64,000 nucleotides of DNA from Octopus vulgaris (GCA_951406725.2 OX597819.1:95108001-95172000); one strand, 5' to 3'; shown: positions 39,398 to 54,380, numbered from the stretch's first letter. Notes: a model not told the origin generated them from the letters alone. Numbers and translations are program-made.

Positions 39398-39737
39398 CAA
39401 TAATAAATCTCTGAACGAGATGTAAACAGTAACCGCTCAACAACGTAAAGTATACTAGCCATATTGAGATGGCTAACCACTAAGGGTGGGTGTTACTGAA
39501 GCTTTTAGCACCAGAACCGGTGATTACCGTACGTTGACGAGAGGCAAAAACCTCGAAACTATAGTCCGTGCGTATCACTTAGGTTTACGAGAGGGGATGA
39601 CCTCCCTTTGCGAATATCATAAGGGCACAGAAAGTGTGCCTAAAGCCAGCTGGAGACGATGATCTCCTGGGGATAAAAGCTTCAGTAACATCCACCCTTA
39701 GTGGTTAGCCATATTGAGATGGCTAGTATACTTTACG
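39398..39737 (+). mobile_element. Non-coding fold-back retroelement carrying a hammerhead ribozyme (probably Penelope pLTR-derived or retrozyme-like)
   Basis: 15-bp TSD TTATCCTTATGTATG (39383-97, 39738-52); inverted arms at 39442-39514 and 39667-39739; HHR in the loop. Confidence 0.8.
39520..39578 (+). ncRNA. Type I hammerhead ribozyme motif (C3U variant)
   Basis: GTGAT-TAC-CGTACG | TTGACGA | GAGG-CAAAAA-CCTC | GAAAC-TATA-GTC | CGTGCG-T-ATCAC. Predicted cleavage after C39566. Confidence 0.8.
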
Positions 39738-39844
39738 TTATCCTTATGTATGTATATAGGAAATTTTGAATTTAGTCTACGGACCCCCAGTACTACCTTT
39801 GCAGACCACCATGGGTCTACTTACGATAGGCTAGGAACCACTGG

Positions 39845-39901
<57 letters not shown>

Positions 39902-39931
39902 ATGTATATATATATGTATATATATATGTAT

Positions 39932-40295
<364 letters not shown>

Positions 40296-40373
40296 ATGCG
40301 TGTATATGTACATGTAGAGGTAGGTACGTACATATATGTTTATATATATGCATATGTTTTATTTTATTTATTA

Positions 40374-40447
<74 letters not shown>

Positions 40448-40454
40448 TCATATA

Positions 40455-42759
40455 CAGTTCAGTTTTATAGAAAAACAAAGACGAGAGGTATAGGAACAAC
40501 AAGTGTATTAGTTTGACGCTCGGGAAACGTTATTCGACAGAAAGGAATAAGAGGAAATAGATAGAAAGAGAATGAAAAAAAAAAACGTGTTCAGTTCAAG
40601 GGTCGAATATGGTGAATGATTGGAAAAAAGAGGTTGAATGAAAGAGATATAATAATAAAGAGAGGTTGAATGAAGGGGAGATAATTCACGGTGATCCCAA
40701 CAGGATGAGGTGCGCAAACGTGTATGTGACTGTGTAAGTGCGTATGTGTGAATGGGGGCAAATGAGTTTGACGTGTGTGTGTGTGTGTGTAAAGTGTGTA
40801 ACAGTTGATGTGTGCTTTTTCACGTGGTGTGTGCACACACGTGTGTGTGTGTGTGTGTGCACATGTGTGTGCGTGCGTGTGTGTGTCACTGTGACCAAAT
40901 AGTGTCCATGTGTTTCGTGTATGAATGTGGGCGAAAGTTATCTTCGTCTATGTGTGTTTATGCGTGTTGCGTGCGTGTGTATGTGTGCATGTGTATATAT
41001 TGTCTGTGTTCAGGTATTGTGTGCTTGTGAGGGTGTGGGAGTTTGCATGGTGGTGTGTGTTATGTGTACTGAGTTAAACAGTGTGTGTTTAAAACAGTGG
41101 CTGTTCATATAGTGGTATGTGTGGACGCTATTGAAGATTGTGTGCTTGTGTGGATGATGGTGTGTTGTATGGGTGCTGAGAAGTGTGTGGAGTGGGAAGG
41201 TGTTGTGGGTGTGGGTGTAATGGTGTGTGAAGTGAGTGATGAGTTGAACAGTGTGTATGGGTGTATGTATAGTGGCGCATGTGGGTGAGGGTACTGAGGT
41301 GGGTGGTATGCAGGTGTGTATGTGGAGGGTGAGGGACGTGAGTGGGAATTCGCGTGGGATTGGTGTCAAATGAAGAGAGGAGGTGAGATTGGCGTCAGAT
41401 GAAGAGAGGAAGTGAGTTGAGCCCATGTAGCGCAAAGAAACGAAGAGAGAAGTTTAATCCTGTTCACTGCGAAGGTGGGAGTCCGGGTGGTCCCTGTGCA
41501 GAGACAGTCTGAATACGGACAGATGTTGTAGCGAATGCCTATTAGAGCAGAAATGGCGCGAGACCGGGGTGTCATTGCCGAGTGTGATGTCTCGGAGTTG
41601 TGCCGAGAACCGGTCAACCAAGCGACGTCCTGTTTGACCAATGTACATGAAAGGACACAGAGAGTAGGAGATGCAGTAAGTGACATTACTAGAAGTGACG
41701 TGATAGGGACGGTGATGGGTGCCTGTGAGGATGGTAGTATTGGGCAGGTGTGACAGCGTGGGCAGGTGCTGGCGAAGGAGCCAGGCTGGGAAGCGAGGTA
41801 GGGAAGAAATTGTGAACCAGATCACGCATCACCTCGTTTGAAGGAGGGAAGGGGTAGAGCCTGCGTAGACGAAGAAATTTGAAGTAGGGACTGGAGAGCT
41901 TAGTATATGTAGGGGTGGGAGGAAGAAAAGTTAAGGTAGGAGTGTGAGTCAGTGTGTTTGTAGTCGATGGAATTAGTGAGAGCGGAGTGGTGGAGGCTGA
42001 CAGAAATGTCGAGAAATTCGATGGAAGAGTTAGAGAGAGAGAGAGAGAGAGTGCAGGAGAATTCGAGGGCAGGATGGAAGGATTAGATAAAGGAAAGGAA
42101 TGAGTCCAGTTGTTCGCGGGAGAGTGAGGTCGCGCCGATAGTCATTGGTATAATGACCGTATAAGCTTGGAAGTGGGACCAGTAAATTGTGAGAATATTT
42201 GGGCCACAACGTAGCCAACGAACAGGTTCGCATTGTTGGGGCCCATTCTCGTACTCATGGTCATTCCCGAGACTTGTTGGTAAAACTCCCCCGCGAACGA
42301 GAAGCAGTTGAGGAAGAGGGCATGTTCGGCCCGACGAAGAAGTGTGGAAATATCAGGTTGAGGGTCAGGCCGAAGGTCTAGAAAGTGTTTAAGCGCAAGA
42401 AGTCCTTCGTTGTGTGGGATCACGGTATATAAACTTTTGATATGAAGAGTGAACAGAAGTTTTGAGGAGCCAAAAGGGAAGGAGAAAAAGTTAAACAGAC
42501 GAAGAGCATGGTTGGTGTCGTGGATGTGGGAGGGGAGGAAAGCCACTAGGAGAGTAAGGACACTGTCAAGGTATTTAGAAATCCTTTCCGCGGGACAGTT
42601 GTAGGAGGAGACGATGAGGTGGCCAGGGTTGTTAAGCTTGTGGATTTTAGAAAGGAAATAAATAGTGGGGGTGCGTGGGGTACGAACAATCAGATTGGAG
42701 GCGGTGGGAGGGAGACGGGAGGAGAAAATGAAGTCATGGTATATTCCAAATTAACCAAT

Positions 42760-42760
<1 letters not shown>
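40455..42760 (-). mobile_element. 5'-truncated Penelope-like element (Neptune-like RT, GIY-YIG, CA-rich 3' region, pLTR)
   Basis: LPSHIHDTNH, IKSLYTVIPH, FYQQVSGMTMSTRMGPNNANLF, SSNVTYCISYSLCPFMYIGQTGRRL. Terminal repeat matches 9085-9450. Confidence 0.9.
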
Positions 42761-42820
<60 letters not shown>

Positions 42821-45152
42821 TATATATAGTTACATTTCGAGATGGTCATAGGTCATAAACAAAGAAACAGGGATCATCCCGAAATATAACAATATCTGTT
42901 TCAACGCACGATTTCACATCAGGAATCTTGCAAAACAAGATACATAAACGTGTGTGTGTGTGTGTGTATGTATATATACTAGCTTAAAAGTGCGTGTGTG
43001 TGCGTGAGCACATACACATTACACAGAGTAGTCTCATACATATATGCATCCAATTCTTTGAAGTTTGAAACCGTCGTATACGTCTGCACACGCTATATAT
43101 ATGAAATGCAAGGCAATACACACAGGTTCAATGAAACGTAAGGAGACTCATTCATCAGGCATTTAGATATGGTTTCATTAACAGTTGCATGAAAATCCTA
43201 CACACACATTAAATTATGAATACGTAAACACTTGTATAATCAAACTGATACTTACACAATATAGGTTAGATTACTCACACATACATGCACAATGATTCAC
43301 ACTTATTTAACAAAATATTTAATTTTATACTCAGGAAACATAATCCAAAGCGTCTGGTGGTGACTTGCGTTGGCAAAACCTGAATTTGTTGATTTCATAA
43401 ACATACATACATACATACATACATACATACATACATACATACATACATACATACATACATACATACATACATACATACATACATAGTAGCTGTCTACTCG
43501 TAAACAGATATGACCAAATTATTTATCCTAGATTTTGAAGAGAATAACTGTCAGCGTAATGCCCGCGCGGCAATCTAAAGTCAATAACAGTTTGCGCAAC
43601 ACCTGTTGGGTCTGTCTGCTAACTTCATCCACCCTTTGACAGTTTTTGCTTTTCGCCCTTGAAGGTGTCCAACGAAAACCACCCTCCTTTCCAATGAGGT
43701 ATGGTAGGGTTGCTGGTTTAGTCACCGACGGGTTGTACTGGGTTATACGTCACCAATAGCACTAAAAGTGACCTGACATACATACATACATACATACATA
43801 CATACATACATACATACATACATACATACATACATACATACGTGGACACACGTGATTTAGATGTATAAAAATACAAAATATGTACAGCAGTGAGAAACAG
43901 TTATATCTAAAGTACTTACGTCGTGATCTACTGAGTGACGTGCGCAAAATTTTCCCAATTAGTTGAAAATTACCTCTTAGAGGAAAAAAAAAAGCAAAAG
44001 CCTGGGAAGAATTGTTAGCGACAGGCAAACATATAGGGAAATAATTTCAAAACATTAAGAATTAATTTCACAAAATACGCCTGCTTAAGAAAAATCTGAT
44101 ATTTGCAAGCGAGTGGAATAGGTACGGATCTATTTTGATGCATGCAGCACAGCGAGATTCCAAACAATTACATATCTATAAATTCTCATTATGTACTTGC
44201 AGATTCGAACGTGAATGTCTGATCGGTGTTGTTTCTCGTCATCGGAAAACATCTCCCTTTATATGATGTGATATAACACAGGGGATTCATCGGTGTAAAG
44301 GACTTCGAGACACCGAATCTACCAGAACAGATTGAAAATGAACGAATGAATGAATGAATATTATCCCCTATTGTGTACATATATTTAGTCCTGCTATTTC
44401 TCTCATGGACAGCCGTAGTTCCTGCAGCAATCATCGATAAACTGGTGACTTTGGTACAGAAAACTCAATGTCTGTGCAAAAAACTGATACGTTTTCTGCT
44501 ATAAACAGGCACAACAGGTCTAGTCAGCAGAGAAGTATAAAAATGAGAATTATGTACCACATTACTGGGAGTGAGTAAACCCCAATTCCTTGTTAGAACA
44601 TCAATCTAGAAGAAGAAAAACTTATATAAATCCTGCAACTCGATGGCAGCCAATGATGTTGACTAGTTCTTCTTTATAGGGTATCTGTCCGTACTCTCCC
44701 TACTTTACAAAGCATCACGCACAGGCATCGCTTGACGTATCGCCATCATCATCATTATACTCGAGAACGAGGAAGCAGCCGTTGTGTATGTATGTATGTA
44801 TGTATGTATGTATGTATGTATGTATGTATGTATGTATGTATGTATGTATGCTTGCCTAAATTCGGGTTCAGTCTCACTGCACGATACTTCGAGTAAGTGA
44901 CTTCTATTATAACCCCGGGCCACCAATGCCTTGAGAGTGAATTTGGAAGACGAAACTGTACGGAAGCCTTTCGTAAATGTATACATAAACAGAAGAATGG
45001 GAGAATTTGATATACTCTTAATTCCATGCTACACATGTTATATTAAATAATAGGAGTCACAGAGGTATACATGTATAAAAAAAACATGCATAGAATATAA
45101 CCCCTTATATTCACTATATATGTGTGCGTGTGTGTGTGCGCATGGGTGTGTG

Positions 45153-45209
<57 letters not shown>

Positions 45210-45396
45210 TTGTCACCCACACCCGGCCACCACTTGACAATCGGTGTTAGTCTGTTGACACCCCTGTAACTTAGCGGTTTGGCAAAGAAGCCCGATAGAA
45301 TAACTACCAAAGTTTTTTTTTGTTTGTTTGTTTTTAGAGAAGTCCTGGGGTCGCAGTTCAATGACTGAAATACGTAAAATACATATACATATCCAT

Positions 45397-45464
<68 letters not shown>

Positions 45465-45719
45465 GGGATATCTGAAGGATAATATAGGCATGGCTTGTTG
45501 CCAATTTTATCGGCACTGAAGGATGAAAGACAAACTCACATCTTGATGACGACCAGTTAATTCTGGTGGCAGAAACAGTAAAGTGTAAGAATAAATAAAG
45601 ACTGTTTTCTGTTCAAATCCTATTGAGTACGATTCTGTCTTTTACTTTCACGAGAGAAAGAATTGAACCGACCTCCATACCTAATGGCTACTCATACGTA
45701 GCAATTGGACACACACATA

Positions 45720-45788
<69 letters not shown>

Positions 45789-46405
45789 TGACTTCTTACT
45801 TTAGCACAAAGTCCACAGGCCCCAGTGTATTCATTTGTACAGTATAATACTAGTACTTTATTATTTAATCAATTTCAGAGAAACGAAAGTCCAAAGTTCA
45901 ACTTTGGCAGAATTTGAACACACAATACGTGGGAATCTTACTTAATACCGCAGGCTATTTATCTCTGTCACTCGACCACTCTTATCGTATAAATACAAGT
46001 CAATGAGAGCGCCTCAATATGATCGTTCGATCTTTTAAAATTACCAGCTGAATCTCTCTTAAATTACACCCCATTGCTTTGGGAAAATGAAAGGATATTC
46101 TGGATAATGTAGTTTTACATACACTTAAACAAACAGGGTGGTCATGATGGTAATGTTTTTGATTTTACCAATAGCTTATACAATTAGGGTTCACCTGAGT
46201 CTAAGCAACAAAAGCAAGGGGCTAATATGATGTCAAATAAATTGAAGAAATATAGCTGTCTGATTAAAAGCTGGCTCTGGAACCACCTGGCTTCGAGTTC
46301 AGTCCCACTACGCGGCACCTTAGGCAAATGTCTTGTATTATAGCCCCGGGCGACCAACGCCTTGTGAGTGAATTTGATAGACAGAAATTGTGTGGAAAAC
46401 CATCG

Positions 46406-46442
<37 letters not shown>

Positions 46443-46990
46443 ATTTCCCCCAACCCATTGACTGACAACTGACGTTGGTTTGTTTGTTCTTTAACTTAAC
46501 AGTACGGCAAACGAGAACGTTAGAATAAGCTTTTCACAAGGAAAAAGATATCACCAAAAATTTGAACAATTTTTAATATTCTTTTAATTTCTTATTTGTT
46601 TCGGTCATTGGACTGCGGCCATGGTGGAGCACCAACTTGAAATGTTTAGTTGAACAAATCAACACCAACACTTATTTTTTGGTGAAATCTTTTTCTTTGT
46701 GAAAAGCTTCCTGAAATATGGGCTATAAATATACAGCGGAAAACCCACAACTTTATTTATATTTCGTCATCTCTATTTGAGAAATATTTAATCAAATCTG
46801 TCTACCCGGTTTATACGTTTTTATTGACGTTTAATGTCAAACTATGTCAAATCTTACTGAATGTCTGTTTATGTGTCGCTGTCAATTAATGCATTGTTTA
46901 ACCGTGTTTGACATCTTATATGTACTAAGTTCGAAAGATAACCAAAGATGCATGAAAAGAAAAAGTTGTTTATATATTTTAGCCAATATA

Positions 46991-47600
46991 TCTTACCGTA
47001 ATGGGCGTTATTTCCGTCTGTTTGTTCTCTCTTCACGGTCAAACGAGTGGACCAATGGTCACGATGTTTTTCGGGATTACGAAGGAGGTAATCAGGAAAA
47101 GGTTTTTAGCGAAAAAAATGTGAAAAAGTATGATTATTTCGTGGATATTGAGTTGTTTGTATTAATAAATCACCTTTGATTTTTTTTTTTTGTTGTTAAA
47201 ATTCCGGCGACGAGGATTAACTTTGGATTCCCCACCCCGTATTGTTCGTGAATTTAAAGAGTTTAGATTTGTGATACTATCCCTCTATTTCCCATCGTAG
47301 ATGGGCAGATTTGCTATCTTACTATAATGGGCGTCATGTCCGTCTGTCCGTCTCTTTTTCACGACCAGACGGCTGGACCAATGGTTACGAAATTTTTCAG
47401 GATTACAAAGACGGTTATCAGGAAAGTTTTTAGCACTAAAAAATCAGAAAGTATGATTATTTTGTGGATATCGATTTTTGAATTGATAAACCACCTTTGC
47501 ATTTTTACTAAAAATTCACCGACCATGATTAACTCTCTATTTTCATTGTATAGTTCATGGCCCCATCGTATATACGAAGAGGGTCGTGAGGACGGTAAAT
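46991..47600 (+). mobile_element. Two head-to-tail non-autonomous Helitron-like units
   Basis: Units begin TCTTAC..TAATGGGCGT at 46991 and 47317. The first ends with hairpin CCCATCGTAGATGGG followed by GCTA. Confidence 0.6.
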
Positions 47601-47791
47601 AGCGAAAATAAAATGGAAAAAGTGTTTGTCAGTATATAGTATGTGTGATTAATAAGTGGTTATTGAAGTGTGTCAGTCTCGAGCAGGATTCGAAACGTGT
47701 AATCGAAGCGGCTGTGTTTACATCTCAGTTTTGTCAGTCAAAATAACCCATGGTACCAGAACATAAAGGCATCATTCTCATAGAACAGTAA

Positions 47792-48032
47792 GTTGGCGAG
47801 CTGGCAGAAACGTTAGCACGCCGGGCAAAATGCGTAGCCGTATTTCGTCTGTCGTTACGTTCTGGGTTCAAATTCCGCCGAGGTCGACTTTGCCTTACAT
47901 CCTTTCGGGGTCGATAAATTAAGTACCAGTTACACATTGGAGTCGATATAATCGACTTAATCCGTTTGCCTGTCCTTGTTTGTTCCCCCCCCCCTGTGTT
48001 TAGCCCCTTGTGGGTAGTAAAGAAATAGGTAT
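47792..48032 (+). mobile_element. Meta-domain-like tRNA SINE
   Basis: High similarity to 20934-21150. Confidence 0.9.
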
Positions 48033-48542
48033 AAGATTCTAGAAGGTTGAATCACGTGATGGCTCGATACTGATTAGATCACGTGAAATGACTATGGTCG
48101 TGATGCTTACTCGGCTATTCAGCGACTCGGTTTCGAATTTGCTACACCTTTATTCACTGCACTCAGAAAATATGTCTGTAGAGGGGAGTTGAATGTTAAC
48201 TCTTGAGTACAAGGCCACAAAGATTTTGGAGGAGAGAACATTCAATTAAAATGGCCTTAATAACTGAGTAGTAATTATTTTATGAACCCCGGAATGATGA
48301 AAAGGGGATTCGGTTTCAATCGATTTTGCAGATTCACCGCAATAACCCATGGTACCAGAACTTAAAGGCATTATTCTCATAGAACAGTAAGGTGGCGAGC
48401 TGGCAGAAATGTTAGCACATTTTCAAAATGTAAAAATAAGAATACAAATAATCCACTTCCAATTATTCTATTTTGCTTACAATCAGAAGATTCCTCTTTC
48501 AGCTGTACTGCTGTGTATCTTGGACAAGCTTCTTTGTGTGTG

Positions 48543-48630
<88 letters not shown>

Positions 48631-49944
48631 TGTGTGTGTTTTAATTATTATTTTCGATCTGCCAAAGCCTTTTGAATAAAACCGGGTTGAAGGAAACTGT
48701 TCGGAAACCTGTCGGATGGATTTTACCGGAAATTCAAGGGGGCAGTCTTGACGCACATCGTCACGCAGACTCTTCCTCAGATTTACGTTAAAGATAAAGA
48801 AGTCTGTGGAATACTTAATCTCTTTCGCACAAATCCAATGAGTAGTCCGTTCTGTTGATCGAACCGCCGATTGCTCATCGTCGAAATTGACCGAGATCCA
48901 TTTACACCATGTATCCACTCACTGTTACACCAAGTTCACTATCTGTTTACTCTTCCTACACCGACAAACATAAAAATTGCAATCCAAATTAGAATTTACT
49001 GTAAACGGTATAATTAAATCTTTTGCTCTTTACCTTCTCCTTGAACCTGTCTCTTCCACCACCTCCAGTTACACAGTAAGACACCTCTACTTATCGGTGA
49101 ACTAAGGAGACAGACCCCTTCAACGAGAAATATCTAGGTGAATTTTAGGTTACAGAAAGGTCAGTGAAACAGTTTCAGTAAGACGGCGCCTTTTAGTTTT
49201 ATTTATTACATCTCTCCTTTGAGATTCATAACAAAAGAGTTATTTTATAATAGTAGTACTTAATTCTATTCCTTTATGAAGTCTGTCTGGATTGAAAATT
49301 TTTCATTACACAGTAAAATCACTCAAAAATAGTTTCAGTCAACAAAGGACTCGACACGCTAAATATAGCAACTGAATCTCTCTCAAATCACATTCTACTG
49401 ACTTAAATACTTGTAGTACATATTAGATAAAGTGATTCCAGACATGACCATCTCATCAAATTTGGAGACAAAATGGATCTTTTCTGTTTGGTTGCACCTG
49501 TGGAAATTTTAAAGCTTAGTGACCTAGAGTGGTATATAAAACAATGAAAAATTAAGGGAAGACTTGGAAAAAAAAATGCATCCACTTGACTGCTTGTTTT
49601 GTAAACAGAGAATGCAGATACTGAAGCTAACAAGATGAATTTGTTGAAATGTATGTGAATTTTCACGCTAAATCATTGCTTAAAAGTAGGACTATTGCAA
49701 CAACGTAAATAATGTCACCAAATTCTCCAAGTTTGTAAATGATCGAAGTTGGTTTCTGCTACCCAAATTCAGTTTTAACAAAAACGATGACATGACTGAA
49801 CCCGTTAGAACATGTAGATTACAAATAAACTGCCATGTTTTTTTCAATCAGATATCAATAGTCTTGCTAAGACACATCAAACATACCCTTCCTATTAATG
49901 CCAGCTAATTCAATAAATTTAATTTTCATGTATTTAATATTACT

Positions 49945-50472
49945 TACACGCCGGTTAAAATGCTTAGCAACATATTGTCAGCTTTTACATTCTAAGTTCA
50001 AATTCCACCGAGGTCGATTTTGCCTTTCACCCTTTCGGGATCGATAAAATAAGTACCAGTTTAGTATTGATGTCGATGAAATCAACTTACCTCTACTCCG
50101 AAGCCTTGTGCCAGAATTTAACCCTAACCAATATTACCAACATTATGTAGTATTTTTCCTCTCTGTGATATTGTAACTATTGTTTATAATTATCAGTATT
50201 GCTTTCATTATTTAGATATCAAGGATTCCATGAAGGGATCGATAGTAAAAAAGAAAAAAATTCTAAGAGCCCTGTTTTAAACTAATCCTTCCTACAATAG
50301 GCACAAGACCTGAAATTTTGGGTAAGAGAGTTTGTTGATTACATCGACTCCAGTACTCAACTGGTACTTATTTTATCGCCTCCGAAAGACTGAAAGGCAA
50401 AGTCGATTTCTAAGGGGTTTGAACTCAGAGTGTAAAGACGGACGAAAATACCTCTAAGCATTTTGTCCAGCG
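49945..50472. mobile_element. Two tail-to-tail SINE copies (about 49945-50120 +, about 50290-50472 -)
   Basis: Same core sequence as the 20934 family. Confidence 0.75.
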
Positions 50473-51204
50473 TAGAGAGAAAAATGCTAAGAGGCATTTT
50501 GCATTAAAAGAATCCAATGACTATTAAAAAGCTAACTAGAAATAATTAATGCGGATTGTGTCTTTGAATAATTTATGGTCTAAACAATTCTGTTTTCTAA
50601 CGGCAACCAATGAACAAATCTGGTACATTTATTTAGTGATTCTTTCATCACTAAGTACGGTGAAGGCTTTACTTCACTGATGAGATCAGTGTTAAAACCC
50701 AATCATGCCTGAACGTGTCTGGTTACTTGCCGAAAACATTAAAAAAAAAATATATATACAGCCACTGATTAATTAAATGTGTTGTCCTGGAGGGATATCT
50801 CTTTAGTTCACAATTATTTCTAGCTAGCTAGAATATGTTAATACTAAAATGTTATTCAACATAATTGAGATAGCAATACTCTCTTGGTATGTTTTCTTCC
50901 TATTCCAGTATTAATAAATAAGAAGAAATAATAGACATTGCAATGAATTGGTTGAGTCGTTAGAGCATCTGACTATATATCTTATGACATTCGTTCCAAT
51001 TAAATGTTTTATGAGATCAGGTTGAGCTTGCTTTTTCATTCGTTCACGGTCGATAAATAATGTACAAGCCAGTACTAATATCGAGTCTTCTCTATCTGTC
51101 TTTCTCGCAGGGAAAAATAGGGTGATGCAAAGAACAGGACGAGTCAGATGATTGCTGTACGAGAGCCTTTATTCTGCCAGGAATCCGTACAAATCATCAC
51201 CACC

Positions 51205-51240
<36 letters not shown>

Positions 51241-51256
51241 GCTGCTGCTGTTATTA

Positions 51257-51465
51257 AGCGACGAGCTTGTAGAATCGTTAGCACGCCGATCAAAATAGCA
51301 ATATTTCGTCCGTGTAAATGTTCTGAGTTCAAGTTCCGCCGAGGTCGACTTTGCCTTTCATCCTTTCGAGGTCGATAAATTAAGTACCAGTCAAGTACTG
51401 GGGTCGATGTAACCGACTATACTCACTCCCCCAAAACTGTTGCTCTTGTGGCAAAATTTAAAATC
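51257..51465 (+). mobile_element. Meta-domain-like tRNA SINE with (ATT)n tail
   Basis: Family head and core present. Further pieces at about 52315, 52845, 56128-56327 (-) and 62787-62960 (+). Confidence 0.85.
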
Positions 51466-51511
51466 ATTATTATTATTGTTGTTGTTGTTGTTGTCATTAT
51501 TATTGTTGTTG

Positions 51512-52257
<746 letters not shown>

Positions 52258-52437
52258 TTCTTCTTCTTCTTCTTCTTCTTCTTCTTCTTCTTCTTCTTCT
52301 TCTTCTTCTTCTTCAGGTGACGAGCTGAAATACTTAGCAATATTTCGTTCATCTCTACGTTCTGAGTTCAAATTCCGCCGAAGTTGACTTTGCCTTTCAT
52401 CTTTCAAATTTCAGGGCTTGTGACTATCGTAGAAAGG

Positions 52438-52503
<66 letters not shown>

Positions 52504-54380
52504 AATAATAATAATAATTTACCGAAGAAAGCCACATTTGTCCGTCAGTATTTGAACTCGTATCAAGTTATGAAATTGAATATAATATATGATTTAATCT
52601 ACTGTTTCTCTGGCAGTCAATGAGAAACGTCAACTACTTTTAAAATGCGCAAATGGCTTGTTCAACCTGTTAGAAATAACAACTAAATCTCGTTATTTCC
52701 TTTTCTTTTAAAAAAAAGGACACATTAAAATATAATACTAGCTAAACAATGTCTAACTCAAAATGAAAAGACAGGACAATCACATGTTTGTTTGGTTAGG
52801 TCTAATTTGAGGCTAAAGTCAATTACATTGATCACAGTAAGGCAATGTGGACCGCGGCGGAATTTGAACTCAGAACGTAAATAGGAACGGAATGATGCTA
52901 AGCATTTCGCTCGGCGTGCTTACGATTCAACCAGCACGCACCCTGTTCCCCGATAATATATTGATTTCAAAAATAGGCGCAAAATTTCAAATTTTTAGAT
53001 GTGGTTATAGTTGATAAGATTCATCCCAACTCTTGACTGTTACTTCTGGGTTCGGCCTTCTACAGTTCTTTGTGCAAATATCTGGCGAGTAAAATTCAGG
53101 AGACGGAGATTGTTCCGAAACCCGTTATGTGTGTGTGTGTGTATGTGAGTGAGTAAAGTAGTGGGAAAGGCAGTAAACCAATGACTGACCCGTTGGAAAC
53201 CTGAAATCAACGACGCTATTGTTCACAAACTGCGATATAAAATAAAATAATTGAATAAAATAATCTTTTGTTCTAATAATGTATTCCTCTAGAACTTTAC
53301 GTTGTCTATGTATCCCATCCATTTAACAATCTACAGTCATTGGTTTGGTTAGCGAAATGCATCGAGCCGACGTTCTTGCAATTCCGCCCATCTACCGCGC
53401 TAGATTAGTGTATAGTTTTATCGACCGCGAAGGGATATGGAAGTGTGATAAACGTGTTAAATGATTGATTTGTATCTTATAAAATCATTGTCATTCTAAC
53501 AGAAATGCAAAATAGGCCTCGACGGGATTTGAACGGAGAGCCGGAAGAGGTATCCCATTCTCTTACGACTGACTCTACCTGCATCTGATATCAAGAACAG
53601 TTTCTCCAGTAACATTCCGCACAGTTTCATTCCACAAGATTTGATCGACCCGAAGTACGGTAGGACACTCGCCCAAACTGCTATACTGTGGATCGAACCC
53701 GGAAATACGAAGATGAGAAGCAGAGCCTACCATAACATGCCCATCCCTAGATGTGTGGTATTCTAAACATTATAACTGTTTTCGTCTGATAGGTTGTCAG
53801 TAGGATCCCAAAACTTATTTGTTCAGCAAAACTACATGAAAGCACTTTGATAACATTTTTATTTATCGTCTACAATATGCTGAAAAAAAAAAACATAAAT
53901 GAATAGTTCTACTATGGTTCACATGGAATCAGAACAATTAGCGACCGATTCTGATACGCCACAGAGCAATGACATTTAACTCTGGAGAAATTCAGAGGAG
54001 ACTGGAGTATCCATGTCTTTCACTAAGTAGTAAGCAGAGAGTAAGAAATTATCCTCGAATCGGTCACCAGACCCAAATGCCTGCAACAAAGTCGACTCCG
54101 TTAAAGCATCCAAGGATCAATGATGATGTTAAAGAGGGTGATGGATTAAGTCTACCACACATCTTTTACTGTTTTACTCTTGTTTAGTTCTAGCTCGTCT
54201 TTGATCGAGCGAACCTTTGAGCAAAGATGCTTCATTTATAGCCACCTCATTTGTTCCGGCACCTATAGACTGAGATGATTTACGATCTAACATTCGCTGC
54301 TTGGATGCCTATTGCTGATGACGAGCAATTTACTCTGAAATCCCTCCCCCTGTGCTCACAAAATTTTGTTTATCGATATA

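Larger units (their letters stand above)
39306..39843. mobile_element. hAT (Charlie-like) MITE hosting the fold-back element
   Basis: CAGTGGTTCC...GGAACCACTG termini; 8-bp TSD GTATATAT/GTATATAC. Confidence 0.8.

Noticed and set aside
48660-48960. Minus-strand ORF with faint mariner HTH resemblance
   Set aside because: Similarity is too weak and there is no TIR; left unannotated.
51090-51190. Strong splice-acceptor-like site (TCTTTCTCGCAG)
   Set aside because: All three downstream frames hit stops within about 40 bp; a non-coding exon cannot be assessed without transcripts.
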